A DNA stretch of 64,000 nucleotides, taken from positions 1 through 64,000 of IMG/VR virus record IMGVR_UViG_3300035670_008749; one strand, 5' to 3'. The first letter of the stretch is position 1. Every line of letters begins with the position of its first letter. Of the stretch, positions 10,545 through 19,084 are shown in pieces. The notes under the pieces are model-generated. The model saw nothing but the letters and a program-made list of their open reading frames with translations, did no database searches and was not told the origin of the DNA. This DNA is from a virus. The translations under genes and the position numbers were made by a program.

Positions 10545-11174
10545 ATGGCAAACGGGATATACAAGATAACGGAAGATTTTGAGAAAGCATTAGGAGATTA
10601 TACAGGAGCTCCTTATGTGGTAACAGTTGATAATCAGAGCAATGCTCTTTTTCTCGCTCTAATGTATGAAAAAGTATCAGGTATGGAAATCACTATTCCT
10701 GCTAGAACTTACCCGTCAGTACCTTGTGAAATTATCCATGCTGGTGCTAGGGTTAAATTTAAAGATGTTAAAGGTAAAACTTTAAAAGGTGCTTACCAAT
10801 TAGAGCCAACAAATGTTTGGGATTCTGCTTTAAAATTTACAGCTGATATGTATATCCCAGGAACTCATATGTGTGTATCTTTTACTGGACCGTATAAGCA
10901 CTTTAAGTTGAGCAAGGGTGGAGCTATTCTAACAGATAGCTTGGATGCTTATCATTGGTTTAAGAGAGCGAGATATTCTGGAAGAAGAGAATGTTCTTAC
11001 CATGACGATCACTTTGATATGTTAGGATGGAACTTCTATATGATGCCAGAATTAGCTGCTCGTGGTCTTTTACTTATGAATCAATTTTACAATACTGACG
11101 GTACTAAGAAAGTAAACCAAGATCTGGAACTTCCTTATCCTGATCTATCTAAATTTAAAATATACAAACAATGA
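10545..11174 (+). CDS. Short DegT/DnrJ/EryC1/StrS-family PLP sugar aminotransferase
   Basis: FE..L..YTG....V..., P.RTY.S, DSA, SF...KH...GG.ILTD, GWNFYM motifs; only 209 aa. Confidence 0.75.
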   Translation: MANGIYKITEDFEKALGDYTGAPYVVTVDNQSNALFLALMYEKVSGMEITIPARTYPSVPCEIIHAGARVKFKDVKGKTLKGAYQLEPTNVWDSALKFTADMYIPGTHMCVSFTGPYKHFKLSKGGAILTDSLDAYHWFKRARYSGRRECSYHDDHFDMLGWNFYMMPELAARGLLLMNQFYNTDGTKKVNQDLELPYPDLSKFKIYKQ

Positions 11175-11803
11175 TAATACCGACAAGAGAATCTTTAAGA
11201 ATTGTAAGAGATATAGCTGAAAATATGGAAGGTAATACCTTTCACCATCATTTTCATATTCTATATGATTTAAGAAGCCAAATAGAAAAAGATCACGTTA
11301 AATATTTAGAGATAGGTACACATTCGGGTGCTTCTGCTTGTCTAATGTTATTACATCCCAAAAAAACTGACGTCTTTGCAGTTGATTTATTAGAAAGTCC
11401 AATGCACTATGCAGTTTTAATAAACACTGCCAGATTTAAAATGCCAGAAAATTCTTTTGAATATTTTACAGGTAATTCAAGAGAAAGTAAATTTGTAGAT
11501 AAGATTACAAAAGAAGTAGGAAACATTGACATTCTTTTTATAGATGGTGATCATAGGAGAGAGGCAGTCATAGATGATTTTTTAAATTATAAGGATCTAC
11601 TAAACCCCGGAGGTTTTATTATATTTGACGACTACAACGACTATGAATACAATCCCATAGTTAAACATGGCGTTGATTATATAGTAAACGAATTACTTTT
11701 TGATGAATACGAAGTTTGGGGATTCTGTTACAATAAAGTAGGAGCTCATCCAGTAGAGATGATCTATAACAACGAATTTGTTATCAGAAAAAAAATTAAA
11801 TGA
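11171..11803 (+). CDS. Class I SAM-dependent methyltransferase (Methyltransf_24-like)
   Basis: YLEIGTHSGAS, LFIDGDH, LNPGGFIIFDDY. Confidence 0.85.
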   Translation: MIIPTRESLRIVRDIAENMEGNTFHHHFHILYDLRSQIEKDHVKYLEIGTHSGASACLMLLHPKKTDVFAVDLLESPMHYAVLINTARFKMPENSFEYFTGNSRESKFVDKITKEVGNIDILFIDGDHRREAVIDDFLNYKDLLNPGGFIIFDDYNDYEYNPIVKHGVDYIVNELLFDEYEVWGFCYNKVGAHPVEMIYNNEFVIRKKIK

Positions 11804-12378
11804 GGAAAGCTTTATTTGGATTTGGTGGACATGCTAAGGAAGTATATACACAGATAGGAGGAGATATAACATTTTTCGTTGATGATAATTACGCCAACGA
11901 AAAGACTCTACCTATATCTTCTTTTGATCCCGAAGAATTCCAAATAATGATATGTGTGGCTAATTCTTTTGAAAGAGAAAGAATAGCTAAAAGATTACCT
12001 AGCAAAACTAAATACTTTTCATTTATCCATCCTACATGCTTAGTCATGGACAATAATATAGAAATAGGGGAAGGATCTTTTATTGGAGCTTATTCAATAT
12101 TAACTACAAATATTAGATTAGGTAAGCACACATTAATTAATAGAGGAAATCATATAGGGCACGACACAATAGCAGGGGATTTTTTAAGTATGATGCCTGG
12201 ATCTATAATATCTGGAAATGTTACTATTGGGGATAGAGTGTATCTAGGGACTAATTCTTCTATTATAGAAAAAATTAAAGTGTGTGACGATGTTATACTA
12301 GGAGCTAATAGTGCCACAGTAAAAAATATAGATGTCCCTGGAACATATGTTGGTGTTCCCTCTAAAAAGATTAAATAA
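11800..12378 (+). CDS. NeuD/PglD-like sugar N/O-acetyltransferase (left-handed beta helix)
   Basis: G.GGHAKEV, IHP, IGHD, hexapeptide repeats, GVPSK. Confidence 0.9.
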   Translation: MRKALFGFGGHAKEVYTQIGGDITFFVDDNYANEKTLPISSFDPEEFQIMICVANSFERERIAKRLPSKTKYFSFIHPTCLVMDNNIEIGEGSFIGAYSILTTNIRLGKHTLINRGNHIGHDTIAGDFLSMMPGSIISGNVTIGDRVYLGTNSSIIEKIKVCDDVILGANSATVKNIDVPGTYVGVPSKKIK

Positions 12379-12382
12379 ATTT

Positions 12383-13342
12383 ATGGTACTTCACGACGAC
12401 GGACAAAGATTAAATTTTTTAGTTGGTGTTCATGTTTCTTACCGAGAGGCATTAACTGGAGGTATAGTTGCTATGCACATGTTAGCATATAAACTTGCTG
12501 AGAGAGGTCACAATGTTTATGTTTTTACAGATCCAGAATTTCCACACGAGAACATTAAAAAAATACAATCATATCCTTCAGAATATGTTGATGGAGTGCC
12601 CACTGTTTTTCATTGGGAAAATATACAATTCCCGATTAGGAACACTATCTCAATATATCCCCAGATAACCAGAGGAAATCCTTACAGAACTAAACATGTT
12701 TGTAGATGGATTTTGTATCACACAGAACTTCCTATTGAGGATGACTATGAATGTGATGATGCCTATTTTAATTTTGGAAATTTTAAAACTTTTAGAAATA
12801 TAGGAGATGATAAAAAGCTTACGGTTTTTGATTATAGATTTAAAGACCTATATGTAACTAATAAGGGTAAAAGAAAAGGGTTTTGTCATATATTTCATAA
12901 AAACACCCCAGAAGGGGCAAATGATTTTGTTTCTAAATTTAATTCAACAGATCTTGGAGCATGGAAAACTTCAGGATGCTATGATTATTTAAGGGAAAAG
13001 TTTAACGAGCATGAGTATTTTCTTACATACGACCAAAAAAGCTTTTTGACTCTAGCAGCTATTTTATGTGGATGTAAAGCAATTGTACTTAGAGATAATA
13101 TCATAAAAGAGGAATGGAGCAATGCCTTTACTGAATCCCTCTCATATAATTTAAAAATGACCCCCACCGAATACAGATTAAATAATCCTATTCAAATGTT
13201 CGGTGTTGCTTATGGAATAGATGACATATCCTGGGCAAATAAAACTATAGATTTAGCAAGAAACCATCTCGAAGAGCTACAAAAGATGGACGACAAAACC
13301 GTTGATTCGTTCATAGAATTTTGGTTAAGAAGAACAGAATAA
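12383..13342 (+). CDS. Putative GT-B-like glycosyltransferase / surface-polysaccharide protein
   Basis: GGIVAMH.L...L...GH.V, IYP.I..GNP, YD...L.A.LCGC; lies in the glycan cluster; ATG 12383 preferred over the overlapping 12332 start. Confidence 0.5.
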   Translation: MVLHDDGQRLNFLVGVHVSYREALTGGIVAMHMLAYKLAERGHNVYVFTDPEFPHENIKKIQSYPSEYVDGVPTVFHWENIQFPIRNTISIYPQITRGNPYRTKHVCRWILYHTELPIEDDYECDDAYFNFGNFKTFRNIGDDKKLTVFDYRFKDLYVTNKGKRKGFCHIFHKNTPEGANDFVSKFNSTDLGAWKTSGCYDYLREKFNEHEYFLTYDQKSFLTLAAILCGCKAIVLRDNIIKEEWSNAFTESLSYNLKMTPTEYRLNNPIQMFGVAYGIDDISWANKTIDLARNHLEELQKMDDKTVDSFIEFWLRRTE

Positions 13343-13384
13343 CATTTTAATTTAGGGATTTTAATTTATATCTCGTCCAGCGGG

Positions 13385-13392
13385 GATATATA
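13385..13392 (+). promoter_or_regulatory. Class A (late-type) promoter-like motif GATATATA
   Basis: Recurs in orientation upstream of many genes on both strands. Confidence 0.55.
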
Positions 13393-13439
13393 ATAGTGAG
13401 GAAAAGATTAACCTAAAGGTGGAAACACTTTCTTGATGT

Positions 13440-14006
13440 TTGAGTAAAATTAATAAAGGGCAAATGGTGATATCAGAAAAAAATAAGTTGTTGATAAATA
13501 GGGTGATAAACACCATCGATTGGCCTCTAATCCATAAATTTTATAAATTAGTGGGAAGGACAATAGGAAACGAAACCACACAAATCCCCGGAATAAAAAA
13601 GCTAGACAAAAAAGTAAAGCTAACAGATGAACATATAAAAGACGAGGTTTTACACGTTATAAATCACGTCGTTGAAAATGACATATCCCAATATATGTAT
13701 GGTCCATGGAATGTGATCTGGGTAAACGGAGAATGGGAAATGGAAATACCAGAGACTGACGAAAACGGGAAAGAAATAGAAAACGGAGAGAGTACTTTTA
13801 TTCCTATAATGGAGTCAATGTTGGAAGTATATTTTTCTCCTATGGTTGTAGTTTCAAAAGAAACTGTTTTTACTGAGGAAGAAATGGAGGAAAAGCCAGA
13901 AACGGTTGATCTACAAAAACAATTAGAAAAAGCTCTAAGCGATGAAAATTATGAACTAGCTTCAAAACTTAGAGATCTAATTGAGGTATATAAGAAACAG
14001 AAATGA
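13440..14006 (+). CDS. Hypothetical protein with C-terminal UvrB/UvrC (UVR) coiled-coil motif
   Basis: LQKQLEKALSDENYELASKLRDLI. Confidence 0.7.
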   Translation: MSKINKGQMVISEKNKLLINRVINTIDWPLIHKFYKLVGRTIGNETTQIPGIKKLDKKVKLTDEHIKDEVLHVINHVVENDISQYMYGPWNVIWVNGEWEMEIPETDENGKEIENGESTFIPIMESMLEVYFSPMVVVSKETVFTEEEMEEKPETVDLQKQLEKALSDENYELASKLRDLIEVYKKQK

Positions 14007-14875
14007 AAAGAAGAATCAAGCTAATAAACGAACAATTTGCACAATCTATAAATGGTGATGGGTTTAATAGTTCCAACGGAGTATTTAAAGTCAACTACAA
14101 GGCTTACTCCGATCTTTCCATTGCGGTTGGAAGAGATGCAGATCCTAGTTTATTAGTCAAGGATTCTGTTTTTCAAGTTGGTGACATAGTAGAAGGTAAA
14201 GCAAAAGGAACAAATAAAAAGATAAAAGGCGAAGTCATAGAAACGTTTAAAGCTACTGATGGTAAGTCCTATATCATAAAAATACAGTCATTAAAAAATA
14301 AAAAAAATTACACACTAATCCCAGGATCTATTGAATTTTGTGAGGATAGAGGTAATTCAAAAAATGTTATGGGAATGGGAATAGATTCCAGGGAAAAAAA
14401 CGCACAAAATCTTAAATATAACGGGGGAAACATTATTTGGGGATCTTTAGAAAATAAAGCCCTAGATCATCCATATTTGGATGTTGAAGGTGATCCAGTA
14501 GAAGGACCGATGGGAACTGGCTGGAAAATTCAATTCTCCGACAATTTACCGGAGGAGGATCTTGTGTTTAATTGTTTTATACCAGCTCCAGAAAAAAATA
14601 CTATACATTTTTCTAGGTCATCCACCAATAGTGCATTTAAGGACATTTTAAAAGCAGCAGAGGCATTCTGTTATTTCTGTTATCATCCTGAACTTTCAGA
14701 AGAAACCCTAGATTTAAAAACTCTACTTTCCATTTTATTTTTAGAATTAAAAAACGAAATGGAACCAAAAAAACATGTTATACAGCATTTCCCTTCGATT
14801 TGTAATAAGTCATACGGAGAATCCAAAGACGAAAATATAGAAAAAGCAAGAGAAATCATAAACCGATTTTTGTAA
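14003..14875 (+). CDS. Hypothetical protein, possible head internal protein
   Basis: 290-aa ORF; N-terminus MKRRIKLINE resembles the shared targeting motif. Confidence 0.55.
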   Translation: MKRRIKLINEQFAQSINGDGFNSSNGVFKVNYKAYSDLSIAVGRDADPSLLVKDSVFQVGDIVEGKAKGTNKKIKGEVIETFKATDGKSYIIKIQSLKNKKNYTLIPGSIEFCEDRGNSKNVMGMGIDSREKNAQNLKYNGGNIIWGSLENKALDHPYLDVEGDPVEGPMGTGWKIQFSDNLPEEDLVFNCFIPAPEKNTIHFSRSSTNSAFKDILKAAEAFCYFCYHPELSEETLDLKTLLSILFLELKNEMEPKKHVIQHFPSICNKSYGESKDENIEKAREIINRFL

Positions 14876-15660
14876 TGTCCATAGAGAGAAAGAGAAATCT
14901 TTTAAGAGTAACAAGGGAAAGATTTGTTAATGGTATAAAGCCGCCGGCTCCTCCGCCAAATCATATGACTACCCCAAGTGTAGAAAAAAAAGAAATTATC
15001 CATAATAAATCGGAAAGGATAAAGACATCTATAAAATCATCCTATCTAGGAAATTCACTCTATCCTAATTACATAAATAAATTTAACGGGGAGACATTTA
15101 TTGTAGCAGGATGTGGTTCATCTATTAATATCTATAAGGACTTTAGTAAATATTATGTAATAGGGGTTAATGATATAGAGAGAATATTAACTCCAGATTT
15201 TTTAGTGGTAGTAAACGACCATAGAACTTTTATGAGAGGAAGATGGGAATATGTAAGGGATTCTTTAAGTCCTGTCATATTTACACACCTTGATAATCCC
15301 GGACCTATAAATAGAGCTAGCCATCTATCTAGAATAAAAATAGGATCTAGGAACACCCCGAATTTAGATAATCTAACAGCTGTAGATTACACAATGAATT
15401 CACCTTACATGGCAATCATAATAGCATACCAATTAGGAGCTAAAAAGATAGGAATGGTAGGAGTAGATTTTACACAAGATCATTTCTTTGCAAATACAGG
15501 ATCACACAAACTATCTAAGCACGTTAAAAATATTGATCAGGAATATCTTGTTCTAAGGAATCTTTTAGAAGCTAAGGGAGTAAAAGTTGCAAATCTTTCC
15601 CCTATAAGTTTATTGTCTTCCTGGCCAAAAATGGATCTAGATCAGTTTGATTCTCTTTAA
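14875..15660 (+). CDS. Maf/DUF115-like (sialyltransferase-fold) putative glycosyltransferase
   Basis: IVAGCGSSI, VIGVND, NS.YMAI.IAYQLGAKKI.MVGVDF...HF motifs. Confidence 0.6.
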   Translation: MSIERKRNLLRVTRERFVNGIKPPAPPPNHMTTPSVEKKEIIHNKSERIKTSIKSSYLGNSLYPNYINKFNGETFIVAGCGSSINIYKDFSKYYVIGVNDIERILTPDFLVVVNDHRTFMRGRWEYVRDSLSPVIFTHLDNPGPINRASHLSRIKIGSRNTPNLDNLTAVDYTMNSPYMAIIIAYQLGAKKIGMVGVDFTQDHFFANTGSHKLSKHVKNIDQEYLVLRNLLEAKGVKVANLSPISLLSSWPKMDLDQFDSL

Positions 15661-15692
15661 GAAACTTATTTCTTTTTTTCAATAAAAAATAT

Positions 15693-16445
15693 ATGGACAC
15701 AATAAGAAATGGATTCATTATAAGGATTCCTGAGGGGAATTACAAGGGATCATCACTTGCTAGAATTATATGTGACAGAATAAAAAGTTACTTAAGCTTA
15801 GGATATAAGTTATTTATAGTAGAGCTTTCTGAGAAGGATATAGAATTTTCCACTGAAGTTACTGAACCGGAGAAGGAGAGATTTTTTTATTATCTAGACG
15901 ATCTTAATATAAGAATCGCTTTTTATATAAAGAGTAAGTATCATGTAGTATCGACCGATCCTGATTCAAGAAAAAAAGCTAAGAACGAAATTATTAAGAT
16001 CGGCAGGTTTATAGAAGAGATAGACGCGGGAAGATTTGATATACCACTAATATGTCACATTGGAGGAGCTAATGGAAACAGAAGAAAAAGTATGGGGGAT
16101 TTTTGTAAATTCTTTGATACTCTTCCTTGGAGAATACAGAAACAAATAGCACTAATCAATGATGATAAGCCTAGTCTTTTTTCTGTTAAGGACTTATTGT
16201 CTGTTACTTATGTAGAGAAAAAAATACCTATCATATTTAGAACAGGATCTCATAGAACTAATCAAGGGGGTTTAACATATAAGGAAAGTCTTTTTTTAGC
16301 TGCTTCAACTTGGGCTGAAAGATCGAATCCTATAATGTTTTATTGTCCTTCTAGCAAAGAAGAAACTATAACGGTAAACGATCTTAATCCGTACAATTTA
16401 ATTATAGATGTGGCTTTTGATAACAATTTACCAGAACCTAACTAG
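15693..16445 (+). CDS. UV-damage endonuclease UvsE-like protein, apparently degenerate
   Basis: HIGG, LINDDK..LFSVKDLL, IPIIF, L.LAASTW match the UvsE layout, but the ENDD and FD.HH residues are altered. Confidence 0.6.
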   Translation: MDTIRNGFIIRIPEGNYKGSSLARIICDRIKSYLSLGYKLFIVELSEKDIEFSTEVTEPEKERFFYYLDDLNIRIAFYIKSKYHVVSTDPDSRKKAKNEIIKIGRFIEEIDAGRFDIPLICHIGGANGNRRKSMGDFCKFFDTLPWRIQKQIALINDDKPSLFSVKDLLSVTYVEKKIPIIFRTGSHRTNQGGLTYKESLFLAASTWAERSNPIMFYCPSSKEETITVNDLNPYNLIIDVAFDNNLPEPN

Positions 16446-16453
16446 AAAATTCT

Positions 16454-16461
16454 TACATTTG
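16454..16461 (+). promoter_or_regulatory. Bacteroidota primary-sigma -7 element (TAnnTTTG)
   Basis: TACATTTG in the 20-nt gap, 4 nt before the ATG of the Nei gene; no well-spaced -33 TTTG. Confidence 0.4.
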
Positions 16462-16465
16462 CTAT

Positions 16466-17266
16466 ATGCCAGAACTAGCAGAAATAAAAATAATGAGTGA
16501 CCACATTAATAATAAATGTGGGGATAAAGAATTTTTTCTCTTAGAAAAAAATCCAGCTCACAAGTCAAAAACGGATCTTTCCCCTATTCACGAAATAATT
16601 TCATCAGGGTGTAATATTTTCAGCGAAGCCAGAGGAAAAGAATTAAGAATGGATTTTAAAAATAAGGAAAACAAGATTTCTTTATTTTTTATGATGGGTA
16701 TGTCCGGTAATTTTAAATTTGGAAATTCTCAACAAGAACCAAAGCACACTCATTTAAAATTTCGTACAAGAGAAGGAGAATACCTTTATATGTATGATCT
16801 AAGGAGATTTGCTAGATGGAAAGTGGGAACTCAATGGAACACAGAAAGAGGTCCTTGCCCGGTAAATGAATTTGTGGAATTTAGAAAAAATTTACACGAA
16901 TCCCTAGATAGAAAATGCTTTCAAAAGCCTATCTATGAAGTATTAATGAATCAGGAATACTTTAACGGAATAGGAAATTATTTAAGAGCAGAAATACTTG
17001 GTAGGATAGATTCAGATCCCACAGTAAGCGGAAAAGAATTTATTACTAAGAATCCGGAAGTAGTTGATTTATGTAAACGTATACCACAAGAAGCTTACAT
17101 ATTGGGAGGAGGAAGATTAAAGGATTGGTATAATAATGAAAAAATAAATCAAGAAGATTTAGATTTTAAATCTTGGATGCGTTTTTATGGAAACATAGAA
17201 ACGTGTATGCCTTTTAAAGACTCAAACGGAAGAACTTTTTGGATTGATAAAAAATGGGTTCAGTAA
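16466..17266 (+). CDS. nei: Fpg/Nei family DNA glycosylase/AP lyase, NEIL1-like (zincless finger)
   Basis: N-terminal MPE, ARGKEL, GMSG, D.RRF, H2TH motif FNGIGNYLRAEIL, C-terminal KDSNGRTFW without a Cys4 zinc finger. Confidence 0.9.
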   Translation: MPELAEIKIMSDHINNKCGDKEFFLLEKNPAHKSKTDLSPIHEIISSGCNIFSEARGKELRMDFKNKENKISLFFMMGMSGNFKFGNSQQEPKHTHLKFRTREGEYLYMYDLRRFARWKVGTQWNTERGPCPVNEFVEFRKNLHESLDRKCFQKPIYEVLMNQEYFNGIGNYLRAEILGRIDSDPTVSGKEFITKNPEVVDLCKRIPQEAYILGGGRLKDWYNNEKINQEDLDFKSWMRFYGNIETCMPFKDSNGRTFWIDKKWVQ

Positions 17267-17271
17267 ATATA

Positions 17272-17538
17272 TTACCAGGCAACGTATCCTTTAGGCTTTC
17301 TTTGATTAGTAATAGCCTTACTCATCTTATCATTAGCTTTTATAAGATCGTCGATAGTCTTAACGTAATATCTTGTTTGTCCTGGCATTCCCCAGTCTCC
17401 TTTTTTCTTAAGATCAACAAAGTCATAAGTTGTAAGCTCGTCTCCTTCTACAGGACCGTGATCAACTCTACCATCTCTTTTGGTAGCCTTTTCAAACTCA
17501 TTTCTAGAGCTTATATTTTTATAACCGTATTTTTCCAT
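17272..17538 (-). CDS. Hypothetical protein (88 aa)
   Basis: Fills the gap; GATATATA on the minus strand at 17545-17552 just upstream. Confidence 0.65.
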   Translation of the reverse strand: MEKYGYKNISSRNEFEKATKRDGRVDHGPVEGDELTTYDFVDLKKKGDWGMPGQTRYYVKTIDDLIKANDKMSKAITNQRKPKGYVAW

Positions 17539-17552
17539 ATAAACTATATATC

Positions 17553-18248
17553 ATGTTACACAAAGGAACATTAGAAGGTTCGATTTTTTTCGACATTGAG
17601 ACATCCGGATTATATCCAACATTAGAGGAGCTAAAATCAAATGATCCACACTTAGCTGAATTATGGGTTAAGCGATGTAAATGGCTACAGAAACAAGTAG
17701 ATCCAGGAGAATCAACAGATCCGAGCGATCTTTGGATAAATCGTTCATCCTTACATCCTGAATTTGGTAGGATTGTTTGTGTTACCTTCGGAGTGTTTAC
17801 ACCGGAAGGATTGGAAAGATTAACTAGCTTTTACGGAGATGACGAAAAAGACATCTTAGAGAAAACAAATAAAGTACTAGCAAACTCAAGATCCAAATCA
17901 TATAAACTAGCAGGACAGAACATAAAAAACTTCGATGTTCCATATTTGGGTAAAAGAATGCTAATAAACAACTTAACTCCAGATCCAATAATTCAAACAT
18001 GGAACAAAAAGCCATGGGAAACATCTTTTATGGATCTTGCAGAGATATTTTCATTCGGTGCGTGGGGGCAAACATTTTCATCTCTTGATTTAATTTCACA
18101 TGTTTTAGGGGTGCCAACTTCTAAAGACAATATGGAAGGGTCTCAAGTACATGAATACTATTGGGACGGTAGAGTTGAAGAGATTAAAGAATACTGTGAG
18201 CAGGATGTTGTTTGTACAATGAATTGTTTTAAGAAAATAACATCTTAA
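17553..18248 (+). CDS. DnaQ/PolB-type 3'-5' exonuclease (DEDDy)
   Basis: FDIET, G.NIKNFDVPY, YCEQDV Exo I-III motifs. Confidence 0.85.
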   Translation: MLHKGTLEGSIFFDIETSGLYPTLEELKSNDPHLAELWVKRCKWLQKQVDPGESTDPSDLWINRSSLHPEFGRIVCVTFGVFTPEGLERLTSFYGDDEKDILEKTNKVLANSRSKSYKLAGQNIKNFDVPYLGKRMLINNLTPDPIIQTWNKKPWETSFMDLAEIFSFGAWGQTFSSLDLISHVLGVPTSKDNMEGSQVHEYYWDGRVEEIKEYCEQDVVCTMNCFKKITS

Positions 18249-18289
18249 TATAGAAGATTGGGATATATACGTTAAAGTGATATCCTGAT

Positions 18290-19084
18290 TTGAAAAATAT
18301 TTTAAATTTTTATTCTTGGGTTTTAGAAAAGGAGGAAAGGGACGATTTTTATAAAAAAGAACTAAATCCTCTATTCTGGGAAAAAATCAGCGAAGATCTC
18401 CCAGAAAATGCCGGCGCTGAAAACTATCAGTTTGATCCTAAATTAAGAAAGAAACTCCTAGAGTTAGCCGAAGATTTTTACACATCATTAGGATTCGAAC
18501 CAGAAATAAAAGACATCCAATTAACAGGATCTTTAGCTAATTACAACTGGACCGATAAATCGGATTTAGATGTACACGTCTTAATAGATTTTACTGAAAT
18601 AGACGAAAATTTCCCTCTTGTTAAAAAAGCAATAGATGGTGTAAGATTTATATGGAATCTTAGACACAAAATAAAAATAAGAGGATTTGATGTGGAATTA
18701 TATGTCCAAGATATTAACGAGCCCCACACTGCTTCAGGATTATATTCATTATTGAAAAACGAGTGGATTAGAGTACCCAAGTACAGTCCACCAGAAATAG
18801 ATTACAAAGACGTAGATCTAAAATTCCAAGGTATAGTTTCTGATATATTAAAAATGGAAAATTTAATGGCGGCATCAGATTTTTCAACCGTTACTGAAAT
18901 TGAACTCTATAATCACGCTTTAGAAATAAAGAAAAAAATAATGAAAATGCGAAAAGAAGGACTGGAGAGAGAAGGGGAATTTTCGGTTGAAAATTTAGCA
19001 TTTAAAAAATTAAGAAACGAAGGATATATAGAAAAGATAATAGAGTTAATCTCTAAAGCATATTCAAATATATACAATGAATAA
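18290..19084 (+). CDS. Pol-beta-superfamily nucleotidyltransferase
   Basis: LTGSLANYNW...SDLDVH and a later VELY; preceded by GATATATA at 18262. Confidence 0.8.
   Translation: MKNILNFYSWVLEKEERDDFYKKELNPLFWEKISEDLPENAGAENYQFDPKLRKKLLELAEDFYTSLGFEPEIKDIQLTGSLANYNWTDKSDLDVHVLIDFTEIDENFPLVKKAIDGVRFIWNLRHKIKIRGFDVELYVQDINEPHTASGLYSLLKNEWIRVPKYSPPEIDYKDVDLKFQGIVSDILKMENLMAASDFSTVTEIELYNHALEIKKKIMKMRKEGLEREGEFSVENLAFKKLRNEGYIEKIIELISKAYSNIYNE

Noticed and set aside
17254-17574. 106-aa + strand ORF
   Set aside because: Overlaps both neighbours and is antisense to the 88-aa gene, which has its own GATATATA motif.
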